A stretch of 64,000 nt of DNA from Vulcanimicrobiota bacterium (GTDB taxonomy: Bacteria > Vulcanimicrobiota > Vulcanimicrobiia > Vulcanimicrobiales > Vulcanimicrobiaceae): contig OY970223.1 in assembly GCA_963714015.1 (NCBI GenBank), positions 2,656,001 through 2,720,000 of the forward strand, in the 5' to 3' direction. Below, piece after piece: positions 1 through 10,733 of the stretch. The translations under genes were made by a program, and so were the position numbers. Under the pieces are notes generated by a model. The model worked only from the letters and a program-made list of their open reading frames with translations, was not told the origin of the DNA and searched no databases. Each line of letters begins with the position of its first letter. The stretch's first letter is position 1.

Positions 1-1
1 T

Positions 2-631
2 CCATGCCGCACCGGTTGCCGGCGCACCGTTCGTCGAGAGCGAAAGCGTGGTGCCGCCCTGGTCGGTCGCTGCGGCAATTCCGGTCGAAAGCGCGCCGTT
101 GTTCGTACGGTCCGTCGCGATCGCCGCGACGAGGCCGTCGACGAAATTCTGCAGCGTTCCGCCGGCGAGCGCCGTATACGAGGCCGCTTGCCCGACGATC
201 ACGCCGTTATTGTAGAACGAGATGATGCCTTCGTCGCCGGTTGCCGGAGCGCCAGCGAGCACGAAGGTTGCCGTGGCCGGGCTGCTGTTGACAATGATCT
301 CGCTCGAGCCGTTGTCCATCAGGACGCACTGCGCAGCAACGTCGGTGCCGTCGGTCACGCGCTTGCCCTTGAGCTTCGTATTGCCCATCAGCAGGTCGAC
401 GTAGAGCGCCGTGGCGAGGTCGTGTTTGGCGACCGAGGGCGGCCCGAAATGGAGATTCAGATCGTCGAAGCTGCCGATGTCGGCCTGATCGCCCCACGTC
501 CCGGTGCCAACGCGAGCAATGCCGTTTGTACTGACGATCGGGAGCGAGCCTGCATTGGGGGCCAGTACGTCGACAATGACGTCCGGCGGTCCGCTGAGCT
601 GCGAGAGGTTGGTAATGTCTTGAACGATCAC
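2..631 (-). CDS. Tail sheath protein, N-terminal part (runs off window)
   Basis: Open frame from GTG 631, not in the ORF track: MIVQDITNLSQLSGPPDVIVDVLAP..VGTGTWG..HDLATAL..KRVTDGTDVAA. Resembles sheath N-termini and follows the neck genes. Confidence 0.7.
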   Translation of the reverse strand, partial: MIVQDITNLSQLSGPPDVIVDVLAPNAGSLPIVSTNGIARVGTGTWGDQADIGSFDDLNLHFGPPSVAKHDLATALYVDLLMGNTKLKGKRVTDGTDVAAQCVLMDNGSSEIIVNSSPATATFVLAGAPATGDEGIISFYNNGVIVGQAASYTALAGGTLQNFVDGLVAAIATDRTNNGALSTGIAAATDQGGTTLSLSTNGAPATGAAW

Positions 632-904
632 TTACTTCGCAGCCTCCATGGTCGGGGTCGAAACCGTCTTGGCCGGCGCCTTGGCCGGAATGGGCGCAGC
701 CTCGGGCGGCTGATACCACGGATGCGAGTGGTGATTGCAAGTCTTCTCGCAGTTCACGCTCGAGTGCGGAATTCGCACCAGGGCGTGCGCGTGCGTTTTA
801 CGCAGTTCCTCGCCGAGGTCGTGCGCAATGCGCGAACCACGCGCAAACGACACCCGCTGATCCCCGACTTTCGCCGAGATCGCGGACTTGGCCACGTAGG
901 GCAT
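632..904 (-). CDS. Small phage structural-region protein
   Basis: AAGGAG RBS; abuts the sheath start. Confidence 0.55.
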   Translation of the reverse strand: MPYVAKSAISAKVGDQRVSFARGSRIAHDLGEELRKTHAHALVRIPHSSVNCEKTCNHHSHPWYQPPEAAPIPAKAPAKTVSTPTMEAAK

Positions 905-919
905 GTAGGCACTCCTTGC

Positions 920-1858
920 TTAGAGTTGCGAGGCAATCGGATCGGTATAGCCCGGGTTAACTCCGCCCGGGAAAACGCCGGCAAGCGTTGAGAACGTGGC
1001 GACGATCGTCGTCTTAGTGAACGTGACGACCGACGTAAAATCGATCACCCAGCGAACGCGCCGAATGAGCACGCCCTCGGCCGACTCTTGGTCGTGGTCG
1101 ATGGCGCCCGGAATATCCATGATGGTCGCGACCGTGCCGTCGACCATCGGTAGACGTTGACCGAGATCGTAGAGCGTCTCGATGTAGCGTCCGAAGAACT
1201 GCCGGTCGTACGGATTCGGCGTCCAGATGAGCGCATCGAAGAAGCGCCGGCGATACGAGACGGGGCGAATCCAGGTCGAGGTTGTTCCGAGGTTGACCTG
1301 CAGCGGTGGCGAGCTCGCCGGAACATTCACCGTGAATGAAGCGCCGTTCGTGGAGATCGGAAAGAAATTGTCGCCAACAGCGGCCGTTTGCAGCCCCGTC
1401 GCGATCCCCGCGAGCGTATCGCCCGCTTTGACGAGGTAGGAGGTGCTGGAATCGCCGCACTGCAGACCGATGACGTTGCCGGGCGTTACCACGCCGCTCA
1501 GCGTGACCGTGTCGCCGCTTTGCTCGGCATTTAGGGTGAGAGCGTCGTCGCCGACTTGCGTTTCCGGTTTATTGGTATACTGCTGGCGCGGAACGTCGTG
1601 ATTGCCGACTTCGATCGAAATGGACGCCTTGCCGGACGTCATTCGTTCGGTCAGTTGCGAGAGCATCGGACGCGAAGGAAAGATGGTGCAATTGGGAACC
1701 GTGCGCGTCTGCCCGTAGGCAAGCAGATCGGGCGTCGGTTGCACCGTGCCAGTGAGGTCGACGTACTCCGGCATCGCATAGGTCGTGCCGACGAGCGGAT
1801 TGACGACGTTGGCGATGTCAGCGACAATCTTGTACGCGATATCGTTGATTTCAGCCAC
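920..1858 (-). CDS. Putative neck/tail-completion protein
   Basis: GTG start overlaps the upstream TAG (TAGTG); position between head and sheath genes. Confidence 0.55.
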   Translation of the reverse strand: MAEINDIAYKIVADIANVVNPLVGTTYAMPEYVDLTGTVQPTPDLLAYGQTRTVPNCTIFPSRPMLSQLTERMTSGKASISIEVGNHDVPRQQYTNKPETQVGDDALTLNAEQSGDTVTLSGVVTPGNVIGLQCGDSSTSYLVKAGDTLAGIATGLQTAAVGDNFFPISTNGASFTVNVPASSPPLQVNLGTTSTWIRPVSYRRRFFDALIWTPNPYDRQFFGRYIETLYDLGQRLPMVDGTVATIMDIPGAIDHDQESAEGVLIRRVRWVIDFTSVVTFTKTTIVATFSTLAGVFPGGVNPGYTDPIASQL

Positions 1859-2217
1859 TACAGGATGCTCTTCATATCGCGCAGGGTGAGAACGTCGTCG
1901 TACGGTTTTTTGATGAACAGCGCGATGCCGATAGCCTCGAGTTGCCGCTTTACGGCGCCCACATTCAGGCCGCTGCAAGCCACGATCTTCGTCGGGCATT
2001 TGCTTGCCTTGAGATGCCTAGCGATCTCCAGGCCGCTCATCATCGGTAGATTGATGTCGAGGGTGCAGATCGTCGGCTCGTGCTTGAGAATAGCGGCAAG
2101 CCCCGAATCGCCCTTGTGCTCGATCTGTAAGACGGTGACGCCGACGCGCTTGAGGATGCCGGCGAGTTGGTTGGCTTCGAGCGGGCTGTCGTCGACGATT
2201 ACGGCCGTTACGCTCAC
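1858..2217 (-). CDS. Stand-alone CheY-like response regulator receiver
   Basis: VIVDDS, TLDINLPMMSG (phospho-Asp), ACSG, FIKKPY; translationally coupled to both neighbours. Confidence 0.9.
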   Translation of the reverse strand: MSVTAVIVDDSPLEANQLAGILKRVGVTVLQIEHKGDSGLAAILKHEPTICTLDINLPMMSGLEIARHLKASKCPTKIVACSGLNVGAVKRQLEAIGIALFIKKPYDDVLTLRDMKSIL

Positions 2218-2513
2218 AGTCCGATCTCCTCGCGTAGTTTCCGGCACGTTTCCTGATAGTGTCGATTCAGGTCTGCGATATCGTCTTCGAGCTGCGCGGC
2301 AATTGCATCAACTTGCGGTTGCACAGCCATTGCCGCAAGGGCGAGCCCAAGGGCCCAATAGCGTCCGCCGGTTCGACCTTGCGCAGACCGGGCGACCGTC
2401 TCACGTCGCAGGAAGTCGGCTTCGCCTTCTAGGCGCTCTTGATCGCGGTCGTACTGTTCGCGAATCGGGGTAATGCGGCGGATGTACTCGGCGATTTTCT
2501 CGTCGTCGGTCAC
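2214..2513 (-). CDS. Hypothetical phage protein
   Basis: 99-aa ORF coupled to neighbours. Confidence 0.55.
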   Translation of the reverse strand: MTDDEKIAEYIRRITPIREQYDRDQERLEGEADFLRRETVARSAQGRTGGRYWALGLALAAMAVQPQVDAIAAQLEDDIADLNRHYQETCRKLREEIGL

Positions 2514-3274
2514 TAGTCGCGGCGCTTTTCACATCGCAGTATCTGGCCTTGAAATCCCGCAAACTGCGGGAACGGCATGTGCACGCGGTACTTGTCACCG
2601 TTCGCGCCGACAATGACGTCGTTCTCGATGATTACCGTGCCGTTTAGGAGCGGCACGTAAATGTCCCATTGCTGCATCCGCACGTCGTCGTACAGGCCGG
2701 TATCGCGTGGCGGATACTCGCCTTTACGCTCATTGCCCTGAATGCACATCGGGATAGTCGCAAACATGCCGCTATCAGGCTGGAAACTGAATAGGCCATC
2801 TTCGAGCGTGATGATGTAGTCGGAATCCGCCATTTGCGTCTGCATCGGTACCGCTCCGCTATCGATGCCGAGCGGATTGCGGTTCGGCCGGCGGATCGTT
2901 CCGTAAATCGGGGTGAAGACGAACAGCGGATCGTGAAGCGGCCGGTCGTAGGCCAGCGTAAAGACCGAAAGGTCCGGACGGACGGTGTCCGAGCGCTCGA
3001 CGAACACGTCGCCGATCTGGTACGGCCGAACGTCGATGTCCGCGCGGAAGACGAGGATCTTCCCCATGAGGTTGATCTCGATGTCTTTCGCTTTGGTCGT
3101 ACGTTCGAATACGACCGGCACATTCGCGGCGATCTGGTTTTGGGTGGAGACGACGCCGGTGCCGCTGCTGGTTGGGCCGACGCGGTAGACGTCGAATCCT
3201 TGTCCGAGGATGGAGGCGACGATGCCGCCGGCCTCTTGGAGAACGTCGTCGATATCCGGCAGAAACGACGTCAC
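2513..3274 (-). CDS. Putative head-closure/neck protein
   Basis: GGAGG RBS; position after the head-tail adaptor. Confidence 0.5.
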   Translation of the reverse strand: MTSFLPDIDDVLQEAGGIVASILGQGFDVYRVGPTSSGTGVVSTQNQIAANVPVVFERTTKAKDIEINLMGKILVFRADIDVRPYQIGDVFVERSDTVRPDLSVFTLAYDRPLHDPLFVFTPIYGTIRRPNRNPLGIDSGAVPMQTQMADSDYIITLEDGLFSFQPDSGMFATIPMCIQGNERKGEYPPRDTGLYDDVRMQQWDIYVPLLNGTVIIENDVIVGANGDKYRVHMPFPQFAGFQGQILRCEKRRD

Positions 3275-3286
3275 GCTACCCTCCGG

Positions 3287-3784
3287 CTATCGAAAGCGAA
3301 ATAACCCTCGCCGGCGGCGCGGAAGAATGTCCGGATCGAGTGGCATGGCCAGCAACTTTGAAAGTTGCGACCGGAAATAGTTGTAGAGCGCGAGGCGGTC
3401 TTGCGGCTCGATCGCATTGAACTTCACCGATTTCGCTTCGGTAAACGTGCGAAAGCGGCGGATGTTCGGAATGTCACCCTCGAGCACGCGTAGCGTCGGG
3501 ATGTACCCGTTGTACGTCGTGTTCGTTGTCGGATCGGTCCAAGCGATACCGGGTGGCTTCGCGGCTCCGTACGTGCCCCAGAATGCGCTTTCTTGACCGA
3601 AGATCTGCACTTCGGCATCTTGGGAGAGCGTCTGGATGCGCTGCTGGAAGTAGCCGACCGGATCGAGGAACCGGAACGCCGATGCCAGGCTTGCGAGCGC
3701 GACGTTTGCTCCGACAGGCTGGCCGAGGTCCGGATAGCCCATGAAGCGCGAGAGTTCGTTTTGCTGGGTCGTAGTCAGCGCCAT
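3287..3784 (-). CDS. Putative head-tail adaptor
   Basis: MALTTTQQNELSRFMGYP N-terminus typical of adaptors; follows the capsid gene. Confidence 0.55.
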   Translation of the reverse strand: MALTTTQQNELSRFMGYPDLGQPVGANVALASLASAFRFLDPVGYFQQRIQTLSQDAEVQIFGQESAFWGTYGAAKPPGIAWTDPTTNTTYNGYIPTLRVLEGDIPNIRRFRTFTEAKSVKFNAIEPQDRLALYNYFRSQLSKLLAMPLDPDILPRRRRGLFRFR

Positions 3785-3797
3785 GGCGCCCTACCCG

Positions 3798-4166
3798 TTA
3801 GCGCTTGATCGGCGCGAGCGGCCGCAGCGGAACGTCGTGATCCCGCGCGATGTCGTACTCCCGCGAGTCGGCTTGGACGATCTGTCCTTCGCGGAACGTG
3901 ACCGTCGAGCCCATCAGCTCGAACACGGTCTGCGTCTCGACGATGTACCGATCGGCATCCCTGATCGTTTTCTTCGGTTGCTCGAAGAGTTGCGGCTTTG
4001 CCGCCTTGTAAGCCTCGACAACTTCCGGTACATCGACGATCTCCACGTCGGGATGCGCCGAAAGAAACGCAACGGTGACGACTTCGGCATCGACGGGTTT
4101 TGCCGCGGTTATCGCGGCGGTCGCCACATTGCGGAACTCTGCGAGTTCCTCGGCGGTGCGTTCCAT
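3798..4166 (-). CDS. Hypothetical head-associated protein
   Basis: ORF with RBS directly after the capsid gene. Confidence 0.55.
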   Translation of the reverse strand: MERTAEELAEFRNVATAAITAAKPVDAEVVTVAFLSAHPDVEIVDVPEVVEAYKAAKPQLFEQPKKTIRDADRYIVETQTVFELMGSTVTFREGQIVQADSREYDIARDHDVPLRPLAPIKR

Positions 4167-4186
4167 GAAAAACCTTTCTCTGAAAT

Positions 4187-4210
4187 GCCGGGAGCCCGAA
4201 GGCCCCCGGC
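4187..4210 (-). terminator. GC-rich hairpin after the capsid gene
   Basis: GCCGGGGGCC-TTCG-GGCTCCCGGC followed by ATTTC on the - strand. Confidence 0.5.
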
Positions 4211-4233
4211 GTTGCGTTCAGTTCGGCGACGCG

Positions 4234-5776
4234 TTAGACGCTGGCGCCGTGAGGCAAGAGGACCGCACGTTTGCGGCGCCCGCCGCCGGCGGTCAGAATC
4301 ACGTTAGAGTTGACCGTGACGTCGGTCGGCGCGATGATGTCGCGGATCGTGAGCCACGACATTTTGCACTTGCGACGCAGACGGTCGATCGGCGGCGTGA
4401 TAACCTGCGCGATGCCGTCTTGCATGGCAATGTACGCATCGTTGAACGAGCTGCGCGCCCAGTGCTCCATCCCCTCGTACCACGAGTCGATGAGCGCACC
4501 TTTACCGATGAGCATCGGCACGTGGACGTAACCGCCGCCCGGCAATGCGATGCGCGGAGCGTTGGTCGTGACCAGGAACGTGATGCCCAGGTAGTTGTCG
4601 ACGCGGCCTTTCTTGAACTCGGGCGAACGGCCGAGGGCCTGGAACGCCTGTTTGAAGTCTGCATCGCCGAAGAGGCCGCGGAACGAACGGGACGACCCGA
4701 TGCACAGGTACGTACCGTCGCTGAGCGGTTCCATCTTCTGGTCTTCCAGCCACGATTTACCGTCGAGCAGTTGCGACTGCGTCAACAGATTCGCCGCGGT
4801 CAGCTGCGACCAATGGATGTTGCCGGCACCGGCAAGGAATTGCCGCGGCGCGTCGATCGCAACGACGATGTCGCCGTTCGCCGGCGTTTTGCCGACGCCC
4901 GAGATCCCGATGGTTCCGAGCGCACCCAGACCCGCCGGCGCTCCGTACATCGAGAGCAGGCCCGACGCGCCGTTTGCGCGCGTCGGCGAGGCCGTAGCGC
5001 CGCCGGTCGGGGCCGGCGAACCAACGAGGTTCGTCAGCGTTTCGTTGACGGCGTCGGCCGCAGTGCCCACGACGACGACGTTGTATGCGCCCGCTTGCGA
5101 TCCGCCGGGGAACACGGTCGCAGCGAGCATGTAGTTCGCCGCATTTTGCGTCGACTGAACCTTACCATTGTAGATAATGGTGTCGAAGCCGCGGATGTCA
5201 TCCACTTCCCAGGTTGCGGCCGCACCGCCGACCGCAGCGAGCGCCGCGGAGGCAGCAGCTGTGCCCTTCGTGTCGCTGGTGAGGTAGCCGGAAAGCAATG
5301 TGTTGCGTGCGAGCAGGTCGCGCGACTGATACGACTGGATGACGTTGGTCTTGACGTTGTGTCCGAACCGGTCGACGATTGCGAAGTTCGTGCCGAGCAA
5401 GTCCAGATCCATGCCGTCTTCGTACGTCTCCGGCGTGATCGTGTATTGCTCGACGTTCACGTCCGAAGGCGTGATGCCGTTGTTCAATACACCGTCGTCG
5501 GCTGCCGTCGCGGCGTTGGTCATGATCTGAATGGGAGCCTTGAGGCCCGGACGCGTTTTCGTCAGCGTGGTACCGATGTGCTCGGCAAACGTGTCGAAAT
5601 CGCAGAGCGCTGCGTACTCGTTTTCGGGCTCGGCGAATTCCTCGAGTTTGCGCTCGAGATAGCCTTCCTGCAAGAGTGGCTGTCAGCTGCGCCGGCAACG
5701 CGGCGAGCGCGTCGTCGAAGAGAGCGACGACGAACGGCAGCGCCGCGATGGCGCAGCGCGCCTTCGTGGTTTTCAT
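4234..5776 (-). CDS. Major capsid protein (1-nt frameshift near 5683)
   Basis: Follows the scaffold gene. Removing one base joins MKTTKARCAIAALPFVVALFDDALAALPAQLQPLLQEGYLERK to the 479-aa ORF. AAGGA RBS before ATG 5776. Confidence 0.8.
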
Positions 5777-5902
5777 GTAAACGTGTCCTTTACTCAGTGT
5801 GAGAAGAGGATCGTCCGCTGCCGACTCGTCCCGAGTCTTGCGGTTCTAATCCGTTAGTGCCGATCGCGTCACGCGTTCGGTTTCGAAACTGCCGCCTCGC
5901 GT

Positions 5903-6748
5903 TTAGCGAAGCGAACGTTTGTAGCGATCGAAGGCTTCGTCAGCGTTGACGTTCTTGTCCCGGAAGTTTGCGACTTTGAAGCCGCCCTCACCGTTTGCAG
6001 TCCCGCCGCCGTTCACCGAAGCTCCGGTCGCCGTCGCATTGCCGCGGTTGTCAGCACTGCCTTGACCGCTGCCCTGCCCGTTATTTTGTCCGGTGCCCTG
6101 TCCGGCGCCGTTCGCGCCGTTTGCACCGGTGGCTACACCGTTTTGACCGTTCGCTGCGCCGTTCTGGCCAGCGTTTTGTCCATCTCCCTGTCCGCCGGTT
6201 TGACCGTCGGCTGGTTTGAAGAAGACGGGCTTCGCCTCTTTGAACTTCGTAAGCGCATCGCTGACGCCAGTGACGTCGCCTGTTTGCTCGTCGATCTTGA
6301 TCCCCGCTCCCGCGTGTGCAAGGAAGAGATCCACAACGTCGCCGTCGATGACGCCGCTATTGCGGAGAGCCTCTCGCGCCTCGGCGCGGATCGCACGCTT
6401 GTCGACTAGTGACTGACGCGATTGGACGCCGTCGAGCGATGTCTTTAGTTCTCGGTTCTCGCGCCGGCGCTTGCCGTTTTCGTCGTTAAGCTCGCCGATG
6501 CGGCGATCTTGGTCGGAGATGATGCGGTGCGCCTCGGCCAGGTCCTGCGGTAGATCGCGCGCACGATTTCCGGCGTCGGCTCCGCGGGCGAATTGACCGC
6601 TAGCATTCCGGTTTACACCGGCCGCTCCGTTATTATTCTGGCCGGAACCATCGTTTTGGTTGCCGCCATTTTCCCCGCTGCCGTCGCCGTCATCGAAGAG
6701 GGCCACAGCAAAGGGCAGCGCCGCAAGGCGCGTCAGGGTTTGGTTCAC
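5903..6748 (-). CDS. Capsid scaffolding protein
   Basis: Coiled coil LNDENGKRRRENREL, KEAKPVFF motif, G/N-rich tail; lies between portal and capsid. Confidence 0.8.
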   Translation of the reverse strand: MNQTLTRLAALPFAVALFDDGDGSGENGGNQNDGSGQNNNGAAGVNRNASGQFARGADAGNRARDLPQDLAEAHRIISDQDRRIGELNDENGKRRRENRELKTSLDGVQSRQSLVDKRAIRAEAREALRNSGVIDGDVVDLFLAHAGAGIKIDEQTGDVTGVSDALTKFKEAKPVFFKPADGQTGGQGDGQNAGQNGAANGQNGVATGANGANGAGQGTGQNNGQGSGQGSADNRGNATATGASVNGGGTANGEGGFKVANFRDKNVNADEAFDRYKRSLR

Positions 6749-6784
6749 GTGGAAGTCGCTTCCTTTCCGCGGCGCATCACGCGC

Positions 6785-8647
6785 CTATTCGGGTGTAACT
6801 TGATAGGCCGCCGTAATCTTCGCGTGGCTCTCAGCAATCGAGAGTTCGCGCTCTTCCGACGCGGCCGACTCGGCCTGAATGTCCGCCAGTTCTTGGTCCG
6901 GGTTGGCGACATCGAAGATGCCGGCACTGGCCGCAACGGCGGTTTCCTGGGTCACGATTTTTCCGTCGCGCGCACCGACGATTGCAGCGACTTCGGCCTG
7001 CTTTTCCGTACCCGTCAGCGTGTATGGTTGCGGCCATTTCGTTTCGATGTACGCATCGGATTTCGGCTGTGCCGCGCTGACATTGACGTCGATGTCTTTC
7101 GGCTCGACGGGCTCTGGCGGAGACGCCGCCGGCTGACCGTCTGCCTGTGTCGCCTGCCCCGCGCGGAACTGCTGGGTTTGCTGCAGTGTCTGCTGCTGGG
7201 CTTCCGCACGTGCGCGACGTTCGAGCAGCTCCGTGAGCATTGCTTCAAACGAAGGGAGTTGCACCTTCACTTTTTCGTACAGGCGCATCCCCAAGCGTAA
7301 CAGCGGCTCGATGCCGCGGTCTCCGTACGAGAGCTTGAGCACGCCAACCATACCGACCATCGCCTCGTTCAGGCGATACATCGCAGCGCCTGACAGTTCG
7401 CTTCCGGCCGTTTCCGGATCGATGCGCGAACCAGCACAGACTTCGCGCGCGATTTGGCGCAGCTTGTCGACGTACGTTTCGATCGCGACCTTAAGCCCCT
7501 CGCCGTGGATTTCGAGGAACTTTGCATCGCCGCCGGCTGGAATCTTGAGCGTATCGGATGCCGTCGCGCCCGGCGAGTCTTCCGGAGCATCCCAATCGCC
7601 GCCACCGTCTGCCGTGCTTCCGGTTGCGCCTTCGATTTCAGCGACTTGCGGGTCACCGGCGTAATCGAACGCCCGTCCCGTCTGCGAGAGCGTCCGGTCA
7701 ATGCGGAATTGAAAGTCGATGGCCGGCTCGAACGTGCACAACCCGTCCGGAAAGCATTCGTCGCGCTCGGGACCGTTAACGATCCAGATCGCGCACACTT
7801 CGCCGACGCTATGCGCGAACGATCGCCCGTTGTCGATGGGCCATTCCGTACGGTCGTTCCAATCGTCCGAATCATACAGCCACTTCGGAATTGGCTCGTA
7901 CCAGACTTCGGCGTTTTCTTCGAGGCGCAGGCGCATCGCCCACCAGAGCGAGGCTTGCGGCTGACCCGCGTTTGCCTGAGCCAGTGCTTTGAGCCGCTGC
8001 GCTTTCGCGGTGCGACCGTACTTGAACGCCTGCCATTTCTCTTCGAGCGCGTCGACGTCGTAGCCACGCGCACGCAGATTATCCGCTCTGACGAAGTAGG
8101 TGCGCTCGAGCGATTCGAGATCCGTCGGTGCCCACGGTTTGAAGACCGGGGAACACTCGACCGCGTCCCACACCTCGAGGAAGTACCGGCCCGGCGAGCT
8201 CTGCGTGGCGTTCGGGTCGCCGGACGTGAATGTGTTCTTCGCGAGCACGCGCAGCACGATCGCGACCGAACCGGACTGGCCGTGGAGCGCCGCCTTCCAG
8301 AGGTGCCACCACAAGTTCGTGTCTTTGATGAACGCCATGATCCAGGCGTTGGTCGCGTCATCGTTTCGAACGAACGGCACCGGCCGGTGACCCTCGCCGA
8401 AGAGCATGTTCGCGAAGCCGCGCGCAATGACGAGCGGCAGGCGGTCTTGCACCGATGCGCGCCGATCGTCGAGCGATATCCGGTCTTCGTTGACGCTATC
8501 TTTGAACTCGCGCGTGAACGGGTTCGCGATGTGCGCGTACAGTTTGCCGTCGAGCGCGAGGTCGCGCGCATTCAGCAGCCGCTGACGGTCCGACCATTTA
8601 CGGGGCTGCGCCGACTTGATGCGCTCGATGAACGCTTTGAAGTCCAA
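6785..8647 (-). CDS. Portal protein
   Basis: 620 aa after the terminase; LSGAAM, KWPQ and VTQETA motifs of SPP1 gp6-like portals. Confidence 0.8.
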   Translation of the reverse strand: MDFKAFIERIKSAQPRKWSDRQRLLNARDLALDGKLYAHIANPFTREFKDSVNEDRISLDDRRASVQDRLPLVIARGFANMLFGEGHRPVPFVRNDDATNAWIMAFIKDTNLWWHLWKAALHGQSGSVAIVLRVLAKNTFTSGDPNATQSSPGRYFLEVWDAVECSPVFKPWAPTDLESLERTYFVRADNLRARGYDVDALEEKWQAFKYGRTAKAQRLKALAQANAGQPQASLWWAMRLRLEENAEVWYEPIPKWLYDSDDWNDRTEWPIDNGRSFAHSVGEVCAIWIVNGPERDECFPDGLCTFEPAIDFQFRIDRTLSQTGRAFDYAGDPQVAEIEGATGSTADGGGDWDAPEDSPGATASDTLKIPAGGDAKFLEIHGEGLKVAIETYVDKLRQIAREVCAGSRIDPETAGSELSGAAMYRLNEAMVGMVGVLKLSYGDRGIEPLLRLGMRLYEKVKVQLPSFEAMLTELLERRARAEAQQQTLQQTQQFRAGQATQADGQPAASPPEPVEPKDIDVNVSAAQPKSDAYIETKWPQPYTLTGTEKQAEVAAIVGARDGKIVTQETAVAASAGIFDVANPDQELADIQAESAASEERELSIAESHAKITAAYQVTPE

Positions 8648-8667
8648 GGCTAGCTCCTACAGGTCGA

Positions 8668-8847
8668 CTACGCGAACGCGTGCTTGTGAAATGCCGTCTC
8701 GCCGACGAAATACGCCATATCGATGTCGCGCTGGAGTTTCTCCAGGCTCTGAATGAGACTTATATGCTCACCGCAGTACTCAACCCAGTGGGAGAAGGAA
8801 CCGGTGATAGTGTACGGCTGACCGTGCCAGTCCAAATGTTGCATCAT
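8668..8847 (-). CDS. Small hypothetical protein (59 aa)
   Basis: ATG overlaps the terminase stop; MMQHLDWHGQPYTITG... Confidence 0.4.
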   Translation of the reverse strand: MMQHLDWHGQPYTITGSFSHWVEYCGEHISLIQSLEKLQRDIDMAYFVGETAFHKHAFA

Positions 8848-10315
8848 CGCCTGGGATCGGCTCCCTTCGCCGGCGCGCGCACCGGAAAGTCCTCAGCGAT
8901 CGGATACGAGAACGCGTCGCCAAAATGTGTGTTCGTGGCGCCGTCATCCGCCTTCTTGACAAGCGGCTCCGACGTGCCGGGTTTGTAAAACTGCGTATTC
9001 AAGTCGATCGCCAGGTACTTGCAGCGCGGATGAATCACCACGCCGATCTCGCCTAGGCCGTTGACGAGTTTGGCGTTCGTCGCATTGTACCGATTACGCC
9101 GTAGCGGCGCACCCTCCGGAATCCGCCGCGAGATCGCAAGTCCGTAGGCGACGAGCCCCTTACGCAGCGCAACCCAATCCGACTCGCCAGTCTGCCGGCT
9201 GCGCTGATTGCCAGCCGGGTCGCCATAGAGAACCAGGCCGTTGCGCTTTGCGATTTGCAGCGGCAACGGTTCGATTCGCCGAACTCCACCGCGGCATGCT
9301 CGATGCGCGCGTCGCGGATCCGCATTTCGTCCAGCACGTACATGACGATCGCCTGGAAGCCGTTAACCTTGAGGCGGCGCCACTGAAAGAGCACCGTACA
9401 CAGCGGATCGATGTTGAAATCTTGCGACCAGCAGACTTCGCTTTGCGGGTCCCACTCGAGCGCCGGGATTCCGTAATCGCTGGCCATCATCGGCGTCACG
9501 ACGTGCTTGCCACGGCTGAACGACCGCCAGATCTTGCCCTTGCCGATGTCGCCGAAGTTGCCTTTGAGTTCGATGTCGACGAGCTCGGGGTCCATCGTCT
9601 CGAGCAGGGAGCGGATGTACGCCTTCGGCAGAAATGGATTGTCGAAGGTGCTCGACGTGTAGAGTTTCATCGGCGGCGCTTTTGGAGCGTCCGGAGCGCC
9701 TGAGCGTTCGGTCTCCATCACACCGACCAGCGCCATCAAATCGTCGTCGGTCTCGTTCGCGGGCTTGGTCGTGAAGTCAACCAGCCAATGGTCTGTCGTG
9801 TGCGGCGGGTTCGCCGTGACCCACAGTTGCTGGCCGATCTCGCCGTAGATGTGGCGCGTACCGTCGTAACCGCGCAAGCGGCCGAGGAACGTAAGGAACG
9901 CCATCTTTGGCCAGACGTGACCCTCGTCGAGCCATCCGAAGTCGACTTCAAGCGACCGGAACAACTCCCAATCGTCAGCCGTCCAGCATTCGATCTTGGC
10001 GCGGACGAGCCGCGGGCCAACCCACTTCGAGACGATGACGTACTTTTCGCGAATGCGATCGACGTACTCGAAGCCCCAGTGCCGGCACCGGGCGAAGAAC
10101 GTCATCATCGTACCGCTCTTCAACTGTGCGAACGTGTTCGACAGGATGAAGAAACGCGCGAGCGGGTAGCGGATGACCTTCGCAAGCAGTTTGTCGCTGG
10201 CGACGTAGGTCTTACCGGTGCCGACTCCGCCGACATACGCCACGAGGCGGCTCTCGTCGTAGAAGAAATCTTCTTGGGCGGGCAGATGCTTGAGGTTGAT
10301 GACTTCCTGTCGCAT
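8844..10315 (-). CDS. terL: Terminase large subunit (frameshift near 9270)
   Basis: Walker A GGVGTGKT, Walker B WLDE, TANP, nuclease QDFN, then YGDPAG and HFGDA in the second frame. Confidence 0.9.
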
Positions 10316-10358
10316 CGCCGTCGCGGCACTCCGTGAGCATCACGCTCGGGAAAAATCG

Positions 10359-10733
10359 TTAGCGAGACATCAGGTGCGCAAGAGACCGCCGACGCATTGT
10401 GCGCCGTACTGGCGTGAGCGGCTTCATCTCGCGTTCGACCGATCCGCGCGCCATCTCGAATACGTCCGCCACGCTCACCCGAACAATCAGCGTCTCGATC
10501 TTGCTCGGCAGCACCGCTCCGGATGACTCATCCCGGAACGCCTCCCCGTAGAGCCGTCGGATAACGAGCCCTTCGCAGCCGCAATCGACGCCTTCCGTGA
10601 AGAGCATCGCAACGTCGACCCGTAAGGCCATCGTTTGTCGGCCGGCGGGAATCGCAAGTTCGATCGTGTTCAGCCCGCGCCGCTGCGCATCACGCGCTTT
10701 GCTGTAGGCCGTCTCCATCGTGTCGTACTGCAT
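10359..10733 (-). CDS. Hypothetical phage protein
   Basis: ORF within the packaging operon. Confidence 0.5.
   Translation of the reverse strand: MQYDTMETAYSKARDAQRRGLNTIELAIPAGRQTMALRVDVAMLFTEGVDCGCEGLVIRRLYGEAFRDESSGAVLPSKIETLIVRVSVADVFEMARGSVEREMKPLTPVRRTMRRRSLAHLMSR

Noticed and set aside
5673..5700. Programmed frameshift in the capsid gene
   Set aside because: No slippery sequence; a single extra base explains it, as elsewhere in the window.
4075..8653. Long + strand ORFs (575 aa, 399 aa)
   Set aside because: Antisense shadows of the capsid and portal genes in GC-rich DNA.
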